A stretch of 64,000 nucleotides of DNA from an uncultured Gemmatimonadales bacterium (GTDB lineage Bacteria > Gemmatimonadota > Gemmatimonadetes > Gemmatimonadales > Gemmatimonadaceae): assembly GCA_963850905.1 (NCBI GenBank), contig CAWKMU010000004.1, positions 320,001 to 384,000 on the forward strand, written 5' to 3'. Each line of letters opens with the position of its first letter. The stretch's first letter is position 1. Shown piece after piece: positions 40,096-50,876 of the stretch. The notes beneath the pieces were generated by a model, which was not told the origin of the DNA, did no database searches, and saw only the letters and a list, made by a program, of their open reading frames with translations. A program made the position numbers and the translations under genes.

Positions 40096-40705
40096 GTTTT
40101 GCCGAAAGGTGGCCGAGCAGCCGCCGGCCGAGGCCGAAGCGCGCTGCTCACAACTGCGCCCGCGGCAACGCGTACACCAGTTCGTTCACTCGTGAGCAGT
40201 ACGCCGCCTATCAGTCGCTGCTCGACACTTTCCTGGCGGAGCGAATCCAGCAGGAGCGAAACGGTCATCGAAGGCCCCCGAGGCATGTCCTAGGTACGTG
40301 GTCCGCCACTCGGCGCCGGCGCGGCGTACTCGACAGCTACTCGGAGCGACGGGGTCGCCTTGTCATTGCAACAAAACCGACCGCCAGGTGGGGAACAATT
40401 GTGCTTTCGGCTGAGGGCGGCGCGGTGACAGCGGGGCAATCAGCCCCGGCAGCATGCGGGCAAAAGGGTCCGGTTTGGCAGCACTACCGCTCACCGCCGA
40501 GGCTCGCTGCGAGCTGTGAAAACCGGCGGCGGCCAGTCTTGCAGCGGGCTCGACCGTATCACATATTGTGCGGGCTCATGCAGGAGCCAATGTGGCCGCG
40601 AGCCTTTGGATGCCCGTCGTCCGCGGCGGATCGCGCACTCGATCCGTGCGCAAGAGGAAATTCCTCCTTGCGCCCGCTCCCTTCTCCGACCGGAACGCGC
40701 TCCGG

Positions 40706-41924
40706 TCACGAATCGCGGCTGGGTATCGGCGATGGCCGCTCCCCGACCTCGAGCTGAGCAAGCAGGTCGAGGAGTCCAACCGCCTCCCACGACTGGTTGC
40801 GCCGGGAGGACGACAGAGGCGTCAGCACACCGGCGTCCGCGAGTTGGTTCAAGGCCTGATAGACCGATGGCTTCGATCGCCCCGTTGACGCAATAGCAAC
40901 GGAAGCAGTAATGACAGGGTGCCCTGGGAGGATGTCAACCACGGCCCATGCTGCGGCGTCCGTCCGCAGATTGCCCGCAGATCCCACAATCTGGCTTCTC
41001 CAATGCGCAGCAAGATCCTGGACCGCTCGGACGTAGTCTGAAGCCAAGTGCGCCGCAGTCGCCGCTGCGCTTGCAAAGTGTTCGATCCACTCGCTAACTC
41101 GCGCCCTCTCTGAAATCTGTCAGGCCCTTGATGTACCGGCTCTTCGCACCCGCAAGCACGATACTTATCGGTGGCATGTACGCGGATGCGATCTCACGTC
41201 GGCGAAGCACCACATGAATCAGGGCTCGTCCGGTGCGGCCGTTGCCGTCTTCAAAGGGATGGATCGTTTCGAACTGCGCGTGGACGAGTGCTGCCTGCAC
41301 TAACGGTGGAAGCAGATTGTCGTTGATCGCATCGCATAAGTCGGTCAACAGCGGCCCAACGTATTCGGGGGGCGGTGGGACAAAATTTGCCCCGCAAGGA
41401 TTGTAGTTGTTGCCCCCAATCCAATTCTGGCGACTTCGAATTTGGCCTGCGATCTGTCTGTGCGGCGCGGCTTCCATCAGCCGCCGATGAATAGAAGTGA
41501 CTTGCCCTAACCCGAATGGGACAGCAGTCACTGCCTCCTGAACGGCCAACTCCATGGCGGCGATGTTCGCTAACACTTCGGCCGCAGTCGGACTTACCCG
41601 GCCCCCGGCTTCCAAACGACCCTCCGCGCGCGCAAGCTCGCGCACCCCGACCTGCAATCCCTCGATCCTGGAGGAAGCAATAGACTCGGTACGTAGCAGC
41701 AAATGCCCCAACGGAGCGAGCGCCGGTCGTGCCTTGTGGTTGAGTGCTAGGATGGCCGCTTCAGCCTCGGACACAACGCCAGCGACTTGCACAGGTAGGC
41801 TGACAGCTAGCGCGGCTAAAGGATCGGGAACGAACGCCTCATAGGAGCAAGCACGCTTGTACTTTGCGGGTCCGTGGATGGTGGGCTCGGACGCCCACCT
41901 CAGCTTGATTCGACGTCCGGGCAT
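40706..41924 (-). CDS. Fic-family protein with putative C-terminal HTH, split by a +1 frameshift near 41103
   Basis: ESIASSRIEG and the canonical Fic motif HPFEDGNGRTGR. Removing one base gives DFREGRVSEWIEHFASAA continuing into ORF 40706-41047 (ITASVAIASTGRSKPSVYQALNQLADAGVL). Confidence 0.88.
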
Positions 41925-41994
41925 TTTGGCCCTCCAAGCAAGTTCTGCGACCACGCCAGCCAGACGCAAAGGGAAGCCTTATTAAGGAACTGAC

Positions 41995-42211
41995 TTAGTT
42001 AGACTTAATGGCGTAATCTAACTAAAGGCCATGACAGAGTTAGACTTAGTCCACATTCCTAACTAAGATAGCTGTAGAGTCCGGATTAGCGACCTTTACA
42101 GAGACGGCACGCCTAAAGATCACCCACGAGGGAGTCGGCCCCCCTTTACCTGACGGAGGTTTTTTAGTTAATGATCCGCCCTATCTCTAACTAAGGGTCA
42201 TTCTTAGTTAG
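41995..42211. promoter_or_regulatory. Array of TTAGTTAG-N15-CTAACTAA inverted repeats upstream of the Fic gene
   Basis: Copies at 41995-42025, 42036-42066 and 42164-42194, all with a 15 bp spacer, plus a lone half-site at 42204-42211; locally AT-rich. Confidence 0.75.
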
Positions 42212-42427
42212 GGATCGACCAACACGCATCACGCTCGCCTCCTGATACAGCACGACCGTACAACCAAGTCGTGTTGCCGCGACCGGGATCCAAACCAAAA
42301 TCGGCCCAGCGCCCAAAGCCGCGATTTGCTGTGGCCGCAACGAACGGCCCGATTGCGCTTCTTCAGCTTCGCCTTACTACGGTAATCGTCGATGCCTGGG
42401 TCGATCCCAAGCCGAGGCGGAGACGCG

Positions 42428-42730
42428 CTACGCGGCTGCGGGCGAGACTTCCCGCGCTATACGCTTGGCGTTCCGGATCTCCGCGACGCGCAGGTCGTAC
42501 GCCGTCTGCAGGTTCATCCAGGAACGAGCGTCACCGCCGAAATAGCGCGCCAACCGCATGGCCGTGTCCACCGACACGCCCCGTCGCCCGCGCACAACGT
42601 CGTTGATACGCGGAGCCGGCACCCTCAACGCCTTGGCCAACGCGTTGGCGCTCATGCCGAGCGGCTTCAGGTAGTCCTCTCGAAGCACTTCGCCCGGATG
42701 GACCGGTCGCATTCCACTCGTGAACATCAT
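42428..42730 (-). CDS. higA: HigA-family antitoxin (XRE HTH)
   Basis: MRPVHPGEVLREDYL, ANALAKALRVPAPRINDVVRGRR, AMRLARYFG..ARSWMNLQTAYDL. Confidence 0.95.
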   Translation of the reverse strand: MMFTSGMRPVHPGEVLREDYLKPLGMSANALAKALRVPAPRINDVVRGRRGVSVDTAMRLARYFGGDARSWMNLQTAYDLRVAEIRNAKRIAREVSPAAA

Positions 42731-42732
42731 CG

Positions 42733-43017
42733 CTACCCTCGGTGGTAATCCACCAATTCCACGTCCGTCGGACCTTCCCGCGTCCAGCGAAAACACAGTC
42801 GATATTGGTCGTTCACCCGAATGCTGAATTGCCCCCTCCGGTCCCCCTGCAAGGCCTCCAACCGGTTCCCGGGCGGAGACCGTAAGAACGCGAGCGTCTC
42901 GGCGGCTTCCAACTGTGCCAACTTGCGGGTCGCGACGCGAGCAATCGCTGAGAATCTCTTGGACTTGCCGGTTTCAAATAGGGCTTGCGTATCCGCGCAC
43001 CCGAAGCCCTTGATCAC
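42733..43017 (-). CDS. higB: HigB/RelE-family toxin (plasmid maintenance killer type)
   Basis: LRSPPGNRLEALQGDRRGQFSIRVNDQYRLCFRW..VELVDYH; upstream of higA. Confidence 0.95.
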   Translation of the reverse strand: MIKGFGCADTQALFETGKSKRFSAIARVATRKLAQLEAAETLAFLRSPPGNRLEALQGDRRGQFSIRVNDQYRLCFRWTREGPTDVELVDYHRG

Positions 43018-43023
43018 AATGTC

Positions 43024-43052
43024 ATGGTATAACGTTTAACGTTCAACGTCAA
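43024..43052 (-). promoter_or_regulatory. Sigma70 promoter of higBA with internal palindromic operator; probably leaderless
   Basis: TTGACG-N17-TACCAT, 6 nt before the GTG; AACGTT-T-AACGTT inside the spacer. Confidence 0.75.
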
Positions 43053-43167
43053 GCAACTGACGGCGTCTCTATGGCCGCACCGAGATTCGCCGCCAGGCCC
43101 TCGCCCAGGCAATGAGTCACCACACCCGATGGGTTCGCTCGGGCGCGCCTCGACCGAGAAAGATGAA

Positions 43168-43185
43168 ATGACGCCGCGCTGTCGC
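43168..43185 (+). other. Conserved motif copy A (ATGACGCCGCGCTGTCGC), candidate recombination or regulatory site
   Basis: 16/18 identical to the copies at 45961 and 57238; 66 bp upstream of the recombinase 1 ATG. Confidence 0.5.
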
Positions 43186-43233
43186 TCGGAAGCCACCGTG
43201 CCTGCGAACGCTCCGACTCCCGACACGGCCGCC

Positions 43234-44260
43234 ATGTCTCGCCCTCACACTCGGCCTTCGACATCTCACCGCGCTCCAGCGCCGCCGGCACCCGGCCGCG
43301 CGCTGTCCGGTCGCGATGCCGCAGTCATCGAGCGATATCTCCGAGTGCGCGCTACTCGCCTCTCTCCCGCATCGCTCCGGGAATACCGCAGCGATCTCAC
43401 GCAGTTCGCCCATGCCATTGGCCGCCGACGCTCGCTCCTCACCGCCTCCGCCGACGACGCCGCCACCTGGTTCGGCGCGCACACCCGCGACGACAACGAC
43501 CCGTCCGACCGGCGGCCCTGGTCCGTCCGCACAGCCCACCGCCGGCGCGACACCCTCCTAGGCTTCTATCGTTGGCTGCTCCGCGAACGCCTTGTCCGCA
43601 GCAACCCCGTCGAGTCCGTCGAGCTCCCCCGCTTCTACCGCCGAGCGCCGCAGCTCATCTCCCTGACAGACATAGAACGCATCTTCACCTACGCAGAAAC
43701 CCGGCTCGCGGCCGCCGACAAACCCGACACGGCACTCCTCACGCGCGATATCGCAGTCCTCCGGCTCATGGAGCGCCTCGCACTCCGTGTCTCCGAGGCC
43801 AACGGCATCCGACTCTCCCGGCTCTCCACCACCGACGGCGAGCTCCGTGCCTGGATTGCCAAGAAAGGGAAACAAGCCGGCTGCCTATCCGATCACCGGC
43901 ATCGTCGGCCAGGCCTTCGTGCGCTGGCTCAAAGTGCGCAGCGCCATGACGCCCGCCGTCGGACACGAGGATTTCGTCTTCCTCCACCCCACCTCGGGCC
44001 GACGGATCACTCGCAAACAGATCTCGGCCCGCCTCCGTGTCCTCGCCCGCGCCGCGGGCCTCGACGCAGTCGTCGTTCGGGCGCTCTCTCCTCACAAGCT
44101 TCGACACGCCCGGGCCCGCGCGATGCTCGCCTCCGGCTTCCACATCGCCGCCGTCCAGAGCGTCCTCGGTCACGCCTCGATCCGCACCACCCAGATCTAT
44201 GTCGAGGAGGCCGAGCTCACGCGCCTCGACACGCTCCGCGCTCTGAGCGCCCGGACCTAA
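43234..44260 (+). CDS. XerC/D-like tyrosine recombinase 1, with a +1 frameshift near 43868
   Basis: SAM-like N-terminus (YRSDLTQF, NPVESVELP); catalytic LRVSE, KG.K, HKLRH, LGHASIRTTQIY. Comparison with the paralog (AAA AAG GGA AAC AAG) shows one extra base. Confidence 0.9.
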
Positions 44261-44296
44261 AGGGAAGACCGTCAGGAGTGCCGTGGAACCGGACCA

Positions 44297-44701
44297 CTAC
44301 ACGCCAGTGCTCCAATCCTCCAGCACCAGGCCGGGCACTCTCGTGAACTCCGCTTGGTTACAGGACACGAGCGTGTGCTGCTGGGCCATCGCGACACTCG
44401 CGATGATCAGGTCGCGTTCCCCGATCGGACGGGCCCGAAGCGCCCAGCGTAGCTCCGCGTGCCAGCGCGCCGCCTCGCTGTCGAACGGCAGTCGCTCGAT
44501 CGGCGCCGACAGGAAAGCCTCGATCCGGGCCAGGCCGGCCGGAGGATTGCTGCTGTTCCGCGCTCCGTAGCGGAGCTCGGCCTCGGTCATCGTCGTCACC
44601 GCTACCTCGTCAGGCGACCGAGCACGCACGCGAGACCAGACTGGCTCCCGCTCGCGCAACACACAGATGACCGTATCGGTATCCAGGATGTACCTGTCCA
44701 C
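44297..44701 (-). CDS. vapC: VapC PIN-domain toxin
   Basis: YILDTD, EAELRYG, LPFD, RDLIIAS.A, LVSCN..EFTRVPGL.LEDW. Confidence 0.93.
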   Translation of the reverse strand: MDRYILDTDTVICVLREREPVWSRVRARSPDEVAVTTMTEAELRYGARNSSNPPAGLARIEAFLSAPIERLPFDSEAARWHAELRWALRARPIGERDLIIASVAMAQQHTLVSCNQAEFTRVPGLVLEDWSTGV

Positions 44702-44702
44702 G

Positions 44703-45053
44703 TCAGCCTTTCGGGCGGCGCCGACGGGTCGCGGCGCGGCTACCGCGCTTTCGCCGCGTGCCCGCCCCCGCCGGATCGGGGCCCTCGCTTTCGAGTGCCG
44801 CGAGCCGCGCCTCGCGGTCGATCGACGGCGGCAGCGGCGGCGGGACGACCATGTCGTCCGGCATCGGCGCGAGATTCGTCAGACGCTCCCAATACCCGAC
44901 CGGCCATGCACGCCCCTCCAGCGGCTCGAGCAACACCCCCCGGCCAAGCCGACGAACACTCACCACCGTGCCCGGCAACCGAAATTCCTTCGGCAGCCGA
45001 ACTGCCTGGCTCCCCCCGTTCGTGAAGAGCGTCGCCGTCTTCCCGTCGGCCAT
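44703..45053 (-). CDS. vapB: VapB/AbrB-family antitoxin with extended C-terminus
   Basis: ATLFTNGGSQAVRLPKEFRL; RBS GGAGG; immediately upstream of vapC. Confidence 0.9.
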   Translation of the reverse strand: MADGKTATLFTNGGSQAVRLPKEFRLPGTVVSVRRLGRGVLLEPLEGRAWPVGYWERLTNLAPMPDDMVVPPPLPPSIDREARLAALESEGPDPAGAGTRRKRGSRAATRRRRPKG

Positions 45054-45070
45054 GTGCCCCTCCGATCTAT

Positions 45071-45087
45071 GTATATATAGTATATAC
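45071..45087. promoter_or_regulatory. Palindromic vapBC operator
   Basis: GTATATA-TAG-TATATAC directly upstream of vapB. Confidence 0.65.
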
Positions 45088-45123
45088 ACTCGCGCCGCCG
45101 AAAGCAACGTTCCGCACGCGACC

Positions 45124-45561
45124 CTAGGCGCGTCGCGGACGCCGGGTTCGAGGCGCTGGGCCAAACGGATTGAGGACCGCGACCCCCGACGGGGCGAAGT
45201 GAGCCTCGTTGCGGGTCACGACAGTCAAGCCTCGCTCGATCGCGCTCGCCGCCAGTAGCATGTCGACGGGGAACTGCGGATGGTCGTCGACGAGTCGGCC
45301 CCAGCGCAGGGCGATTGCCGCGTCGATCGGCAGTACGCGCTCTCCGTAATCAGCCGTCAGGCGTTCGAGCCACGCCGCCAGTGCCTGCGCATGGGGCTGT
45401 CCCGTGCGTCCGCTTTTCGCTACGCCCTTCGCGATCTCGCCCAGCGTGATGACGCTCAGATACGTGGAGTCCGGAGGCACATTGCCGATCCAAGCCAGTA
45501 CGCGCTGGTCTGGGCGCGGGCGCCGGAGTTCCGACACGATATTGGTGTCGAGAAGGTACAC
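45124..45561 (-). CDS. vapC: VapC PIN-domain toxin (second)
   Basis: YLLDTNIVSEL, SVITLGEI..G, VDMLLAASA, VVTRNEAHF, VLNPF. Confidence 0.93.
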   Translation of the reverse strand: MYLLDTNIVSELRRPRPDQRVLAWIGNVPPDSTYLSVITLGEIAKGVAKSGRTGQPHAQALAAWLERLTADYGERVLPIDAAIALRWGRLVDDHPQFPVDMLLAASAIERGLTVVTRNEAHFAPSGVAVLNPFGPAPRTRRPRRA

Positions 45562-45575
45562 GGTGCGCGTCCAGA

Positions 45576-45845
45576 CTAGAGATCAATGTCGCGGAGCTGG
45601 AGCGGAATACGCTCTATGTCACTCTCTCCGGAGTCGACTCGCGGGATCGCCTGCAGAAAACTCTCGAACGGGACTCGCGGCGCATGGATCAGCCCAGCAA
45701 CCCGTGCGTAGTCCTCATACGAAAGAACGACGGCCGTCTCGACGCCCCGCCGCGTCACCACTTGCGGTCCCCGTTTCGCCGCGTCGACGACTTCACTCAG
45801 CTTGTTTTTGGCGTCCTGGAGAGACCACCGCTTGGTCGCGCCCAC
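45576..45845 (-). CDS. Phd/YefM-family antitoxin
   Basis: WSLQDAKNKLSEVVDAA..GPQVVTRRG..AVVLS. Confidence 0.92.
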   Translation of the reverse strand: MGATKRWSLQDAKNKLSEVVDAAKRGPQVVTRRGVETAVVLSYEDYARVAGLIHAPRVPFESFLQAIPRVDSGESDIERIPLQLRDIDL

Positions 45846-45960
45846 TGGCTTCGCTCCTGTAGTAGCTAGCTGTCCAAGCTAGCTTGCAGGGCTCCATTCT
45901 GCAAGCCTTCGACCCGTCGTGCTGGTAACGCCCCAGGAGCAAGCCGCTGCCGCTCCCAAA

Positions 45961-45979
45961 ATGACGCTCCGCTGTCGCC
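45961..45979 (+). other. Conserved motif copy B (ATGACGCTCCGCTGTCGCC)
   Basis: 19/19 identical to 57238-57256; 67 bp upstream of the inferred recombinase 2 start. Confidence 0.55.
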
Positions 45980-46027
45980 GCGCCCTCACCGTGGTTCGTC
46001 GCCGACGTCGCCCCCGCGCGCACAACC

Positions 46028-47049
46028 CTGCCCCACCCTCAGCCTCCCCTACCTCGCCGTTCACGACGCCGCGCCCGAGCACCCGCCCGGCCACCGTCGG
46101 CGCGCGATACCGCGCTCATCGAACGCTACCTCCGCGTTCGCGGCACCCGCCTCGCTCGCACGACCGCCCACGAATACCGCGGCGACCTCAAGACACTTCG
46201 CGGACGTCTATGCGCCGGCGCTCACTGCTCTCCACGACACCCGACGACATCGCCGCCTGGTTTCACGCCCACACCCGCGACGACAGCGACCCGACCGACC
46301 CGCGCCGCTGGTCCGTCCGCACCGCACACCGACGCCGCGATACCCTCATGGGATTCTTTCGCTGGGCACTCCGCGAACGACTCGTCCGCCGCAATCCCGT
46401 CGAGTCGGTCGAGCTCCCCCGCTTCTACCGCCGACCACCACGGCTCGTCTCACTCGCCGAGATCGAACGCATCTTCACCTACGCCGAGGCCCGCCTCGCT
46501 GCCGTCGATACGCCAGACATGGCGCTCCTCACGCTCGATGTCGCCGTCCTCCGCCTCATGGAACGACTCGCCCTGCGCGTCTCCGAGGCCGCCGGGATCC
46601 GAATCTCCCGACTCTCCACCACCGACGGCGAGCTCCGCGCCTGGATCGCAAAAAAGGGAAACAAGCCGGCCGCGTACCCGATCACCGGCATCGTCGGTGA
46701 GGCGTTCGTGCGCTGGCTCAAAGCGCGCGCCACGCTGACGCCCGCGACGGGACACGAGGACTTCATCTTCCTCCATCCCGCCCTGGGCCGACGGATCACG
46801 CGCTACCAGATCTGGGCGCGACTCCGCGTCCTCGCCCGCGCGGCCGGCCTCGGCGAGCTCGTGGTCCAGTCGCTCTCACCCCACAAGCTCCGACACGCCC
46901 GGGCCCGCGCAATGCTCGCCGCTGGCTTTCACATCGCCGCCGTCCAAAGCGTCCTCGATCACGCGTCGATTCGCACGACCCAGGTCTACGTCGAGGACGC
47001 TGAGCTCACTCGGCTCGACACCCTGCGCGCCCTCAGCGCGCCCACATAA
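46028..47049 (+). CDS. XerC/D-like tyrosine recombinase 2, paralog of recombinase 1, frameshifted at about 46190-46205; start uncertain (CTG)
   Basis: N-terminus SARDTALIERYLRVRGTRL...EYRGDL is in a different frame from the rest (RRRSLL...LRVSEA...HKLRHA...LDHASIRTTQVY); colinear with recombinase 1. Confidence 0.88.
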
Positions 47050-47162
47050 GCCCCGATCCCCTCGCCACGTGGCCCGCTTGAGATCCCACGTCGCCCGACG
47101 CTGACGTGGGCGAGACCCGATCCGAAGAGCGATGCAGACGTCACACCCTAATGCGCGCAAAG

Positions 47163-47191
47163 TTGCCAAACCCAAGCGGCTTGGGTATATT
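47163..47191 (+). promoter_or_regulatory. Sigma70 promoter with palindromic operator; probably leaderless
   Basis: TTGCCA-N17-TATATT, 6 nt before an in-frame GTG (47198); the palindrome ACCCAAGC-G-GCTTGGGT fills the spacer. Confidence 0.75.
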
Positions 47192-47197
47192 CCTCCG

Positions 47198-47452
47198 GTG
47201 ACCGGCCTCCGCATTGGAGAGGTGCAATTTCGGGTCTACCCGCAGGACCACCCGCCGCGTCACGTCCACGGGTTGATCGGTTCCGGCTACGTCATCGTCG
47301 ACCTGAAACTCGATGGAATGGTCGCGTTGGCTGACCGATCGGACGCAGTTCGAAAGGCCACGCGATCTGAAGTTCGGAAGGTACTCGAGGCCGCGGCCGC
47401 CGGGTTCGATCGGCTGGTCGCAGCGTGGGAGAGGATGCATGATGGCGAATGA
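47198..47452 (+). CDS. DUF4160-family protein (putative toxin)
   Basis: FRVYPQDHPPRHVH...W..MH pattern; overlaps the downstream DUF2442 gene. Confidence 0.8.
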   Translation: MTGLRIGEVQFRVYPQDHPPRHVHGLIGSGYVIVDLKLDGMVALADRSDAVRKATRSEVRKVLEAAAAGFDRLVAAWERMHDGE

Positions 47453-48005
47453 AGGTCACCCGATCACGACAACGGATGCAGAGATCACCGCGGCAATTGC
47501 GCGCGGCGAGCACACCCCGGCACCGTACGCTCAGAAGGTCTGGTACGACGCGAAAAGGGATGCCATCGTCGCGCGTATCGTGAGCCCCGGAGTCGTTGGA
47601 CCTCTGGACGTACCGTTCACACGACAGCGGATGCAGGGACTCCAAAGGGCGACGCCCGACGAGCTGTCGCATATGGAGCTCGAAGGTGATGGGACCGGCA
47701 TAGTGTGGCCGGCGTTGGATGTCGCGCACTACATCCCCGGTCTGCTCGCCGGTGTCTTCGGAACCGCTCGCTGGATGGCCGCGCTCAATGGGCGCCGCGG
47801 GGGCCAGAATAGGTCCTTGGCAAAAGCCATGGCGGCTCGAGCAAACGGCGCGAAGGGTGGTCGCCCGCCGGCCCGACAACGGACGACCGCCGCACGTCGC
47901 GTTGGGACTCGCAGCTACAAAAAGCCCATCAAGAAATCCCCTGTGGGCAAGCGTCGCCAGCGGACGAGAACCGAGCAGCCGCGGAAGCCAGAGGCTTCCT
48001 CATAG
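47439..48005 (+). CDS. DUF2442-family protein (putative antitoxin) with basic tail
   Basis: GLQRATPDEL..ME..G.GTGIVWPALDV..YIPGLL.GVFGT..WM, KAMAARANGAKGGRP. Confidence 0.82.
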   Translation: MMANEGHPITTTDAEITAAIARGEHTPAPYAQKVWYDAKRDAIVARIVSPGVVGPLDVPFTRQRMQGLQRATPDELSHMELEGDGTGIVWPALDVAHYIPGLLAGVFGTARWMAALNGRRGGQNRSLAKAMAARANGAKGGRPPARQRTTAARRVGTRSYKKPIKKSPVGKRRQRTRTEQPRKPEASS

Positions 48006-48169
48006 CGCTGTGGTCGATTTGCGCAATCTCGACACGCTGAAGAGAGCGACTGGAAAGCCGCTCTCGGCCTCTCAAAGCCACTAGGCATTCTCGTCGATCC
48101 ACGATGCGAGTCGATGGGTCGCAAGCGCGAGCGGATTGGCCTCGGTACGAGATGAGGTGACCCGCTTGG

Positions 48170-50876
48170 TTACAGGGTCTCCAACCCCGGGACCGCCCTC
48201 ACCTCGAACGTCGCGCTGCTCTTCTCTTTGCCGTACGTCACGGTCGCGATGTAGGTCCCGGGATGGACGTACTTCGCACCCTCGCCGCCTTCGTACGACG
48301 CCAGGACGTCCTTGCTGCGCTTGAGGTCCCACACGACCCGATTGAGACCGGCGATCGAGAGACCGACTAGATGCGCGATAGGGCGGCCCTCTTTGGTGGT
48401 GATCGCGATCTTCACACTGTCGCCCGTTGCCTGACTCAAGTAGTAGGTCAGGATCGCGCCGTTCGGCGGGTTCTCCCCTCTGAACTGTCCGCTCCCCGTC
48501 CATTCGTCGTAACTGGGCAGCGGCTCGGATTCGACCGCCGTGTCGGGGACGAAGAGATGGACGGGCTCTTTCATCACTTGTCGCGTGAGCTGGGTGATGG
48601 GTCGGATCCGATCCACGATGTACAGACCCCGTCCCTGGGTCGCGATCACCAGGGAGTGTGTGGTCGGCTCGACCACGATGTCGGCGACCGCCACGGTCGG
48701 CAAATCCCCGAACGCAGACCACGACTTCCCCCGATCGAGCGACAGCCACAAACCATGTTCCGTCCCCGCGTACAGCACGTCGGCGTTGTCAGGATCCTCC
48801 CGCACGAGTCGCACGGGCTCGTCGGCCGGCACGTTCGCGGCAATGCTCTGCCAGGTCGCACCCCCGTCCGCAGTCCGATACGCCAGCGGGGCATAATTGC
48901 CATCGTGCTGTCCATCCCACGCGACGTAGGCCACGTTTGCGTCGGTATGGCTCGCCTCAACGCGGCTCACGAGATGGCCGCGCGCAGGCTGGGGAATCGT
49001 CGCCGTGAGGTCGGACCAGTGCCCGCCGTCATCCACGGTGCGCCACAGCTTCCCGTCGTCGGTTCCAGCCCACAACTCCCCCGCCTTCACAGGCGATTCG
49101 GCAATCGTGTACACGACACCGTAGCTCTCCGCACCGCTGCCGACGGCCTGCATTCTCGCGAGATCTTTGGTCGACAGGTCCGGCGAAATCACCTGCCAGT
49201 GCTCCGCTCGATCGGTCAACTTGAAGATGACGTTGCCGCCGAGATACATCGTGCCCGGCACGTGCGCGCTCATGATGAGCGGCGCAAGCCAGTGGTAGCG
49301 GAACGCCGGCTCTCCCTCGTTGGGCTCCGGTCTCAAATTCCTGAGCTGGCCGCTCCGGAGATCGAGGCGCACCAGGTCCGCACGCTGTGACTCGAAGTAG
49401 ACAATCGCGGAGTCCCTGGGATCGAACGCGCAGTACGAGCCGTCACCGCCGCTCAGCGTCTGCCAATCCCCATCGCGGATCTCTTCCTTGCTCCGCGTGG
49501 CGCTCGGCCCCACCCAGTTCGTGTTGTCCTGCAACCCGCCGCAAATCCGAAACGGCGTCGATCGGTCGACGTTGATCCGATAGAACTCCCCGACCGCGAA
49601 CTTCGCCAGATGGTCCCACGCAACGCCGCGATTGAAGGACTGGTACAGGCCTCCGTCATTGCCGATCAGCACGTGTTCGTGATCGACAGGATCGATGGCG
49701 AGCGCGTGGTTGTCGGGATGGAGGTGCTTGCCGAGGTCCTCACGCCACGTCGTCCCGCCATCGTCGGAGACGAGCAGCACGAAGCTCAGGAGATAGACAC
49801 GCGAGCGAGTCGGCCGGATCGACCCGGACCTGACTGAAATAAAAGGGTCGCGGATCGAGCTTCGATACACGCGTCCAGTGCTCGCCACCGTCGCCCGTGC
49901 GAAAGACCCCGCCTTCCTTGCTCAGCGACTCGTCGAGGCCGACCGTCCCACCCGAGTCGCTCTGCACGACAGCGAACAGGATGCGAGGCTGGCTCGCGTC
50001 GAGCGACAGCCCGATCCGGCCGGTTTGCGTCGGCAACCCGTTCGTGAGCTTGTGCCACGTGACGCCGCCGTCAGTGGTCTTGAAGATGCCTCCCAGATCC
50101 TTGCCGTCCGTCGCCGGCGCCCCGTACGTGAATGACCACGGTCGGCGCCGGCGCGCATAGAGCGTCGCGTACACGACGTTCGGGTTCGAGGGGTCGATCA
50201 CGACGTCACCGGCACCGACCCGATCATCGTAGGGCGCGGGAGCGGCCAGCACTTTCTTCCACGTCGCGCCGGCGTCGGTCGTCTTGTACAGCCCACGCTC
50301 AGCACTCGACATCCAGAGATCGCCGATGACCGCGACGTACGCCGTCTTGGGGTCAGTCGGGTGCACCGCAATCCGGGCAATCGCCTTGCTGTCTTTGAGT
50401 CCGACGTTGACCCAGGTGGTGCCCGTGTCTGTCGAGCGATAGACGCCATCGCCCCACGTCCCCGAGTTCCGATCGTTGGCCTCACCGGTGCCGACCCAGA
50501 TCACCGTCGGGTCGGATGCCGCCACAGCAACGTCGCCAATGCTGGCGACGTTCTCGTGCGCAAAGATCGGCTTGAATGTGATGCCGTTGTCGGAGGTCTT
50601 CATGATGCCGCCCATCCCAAACCCCACATAAAACCGACTGGGTCGTTTAGGGTCGAACGCAATGCTGGAGACACGTCCTCCCATGACCGCGGGACCAATG
50701 CTCCGCGCTTCTATACCATGAGGCAGGACCAGCGTCGTCGTGTCACTGCGCCGAGCGCGCGACCCCTGGGACTGGTCGGGCCGGCCGCGACTGGTGTCGC
50801 GCTGACCACCGGCCGCGGCAACGGCGATGGCCGACACGAGCATCGCCGCGCACGAGAGAGGAAATCGTCTGAGCAT
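48170..50876 (-). CDS. Secreted VPS10/BNR (Asp-box) beta-propeller glycosyl-hydrolase-like protein, with a +1 frameshift near 49803
   Basis: RSIGPAVMGGRV, repeated S/TxDxGxTW Asp-boxes, GGLQDN, YAGTEHG. The two ORFs join at DPADS/RVYLL. Confidence 0.88.

Noticed and set aside
41995..42211. CRISPR array or integron attC/attI sites (GTTAG/CTAAC cores)
   Set aside because: The units are spaced inverted repeats of only 31 bp, irregularly placed. There are no cas genes, they are too short for attC, and the recombinases show no evident IntI insertion.
43129..43233. Upstream starts for the recombinases (43129/43168 and 45919/45961)
   Set aside because: In copy 2 these starts are out of frame with the conserved N-terminal domain. 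Paralog alignment favours starts near 43234 and 46028.
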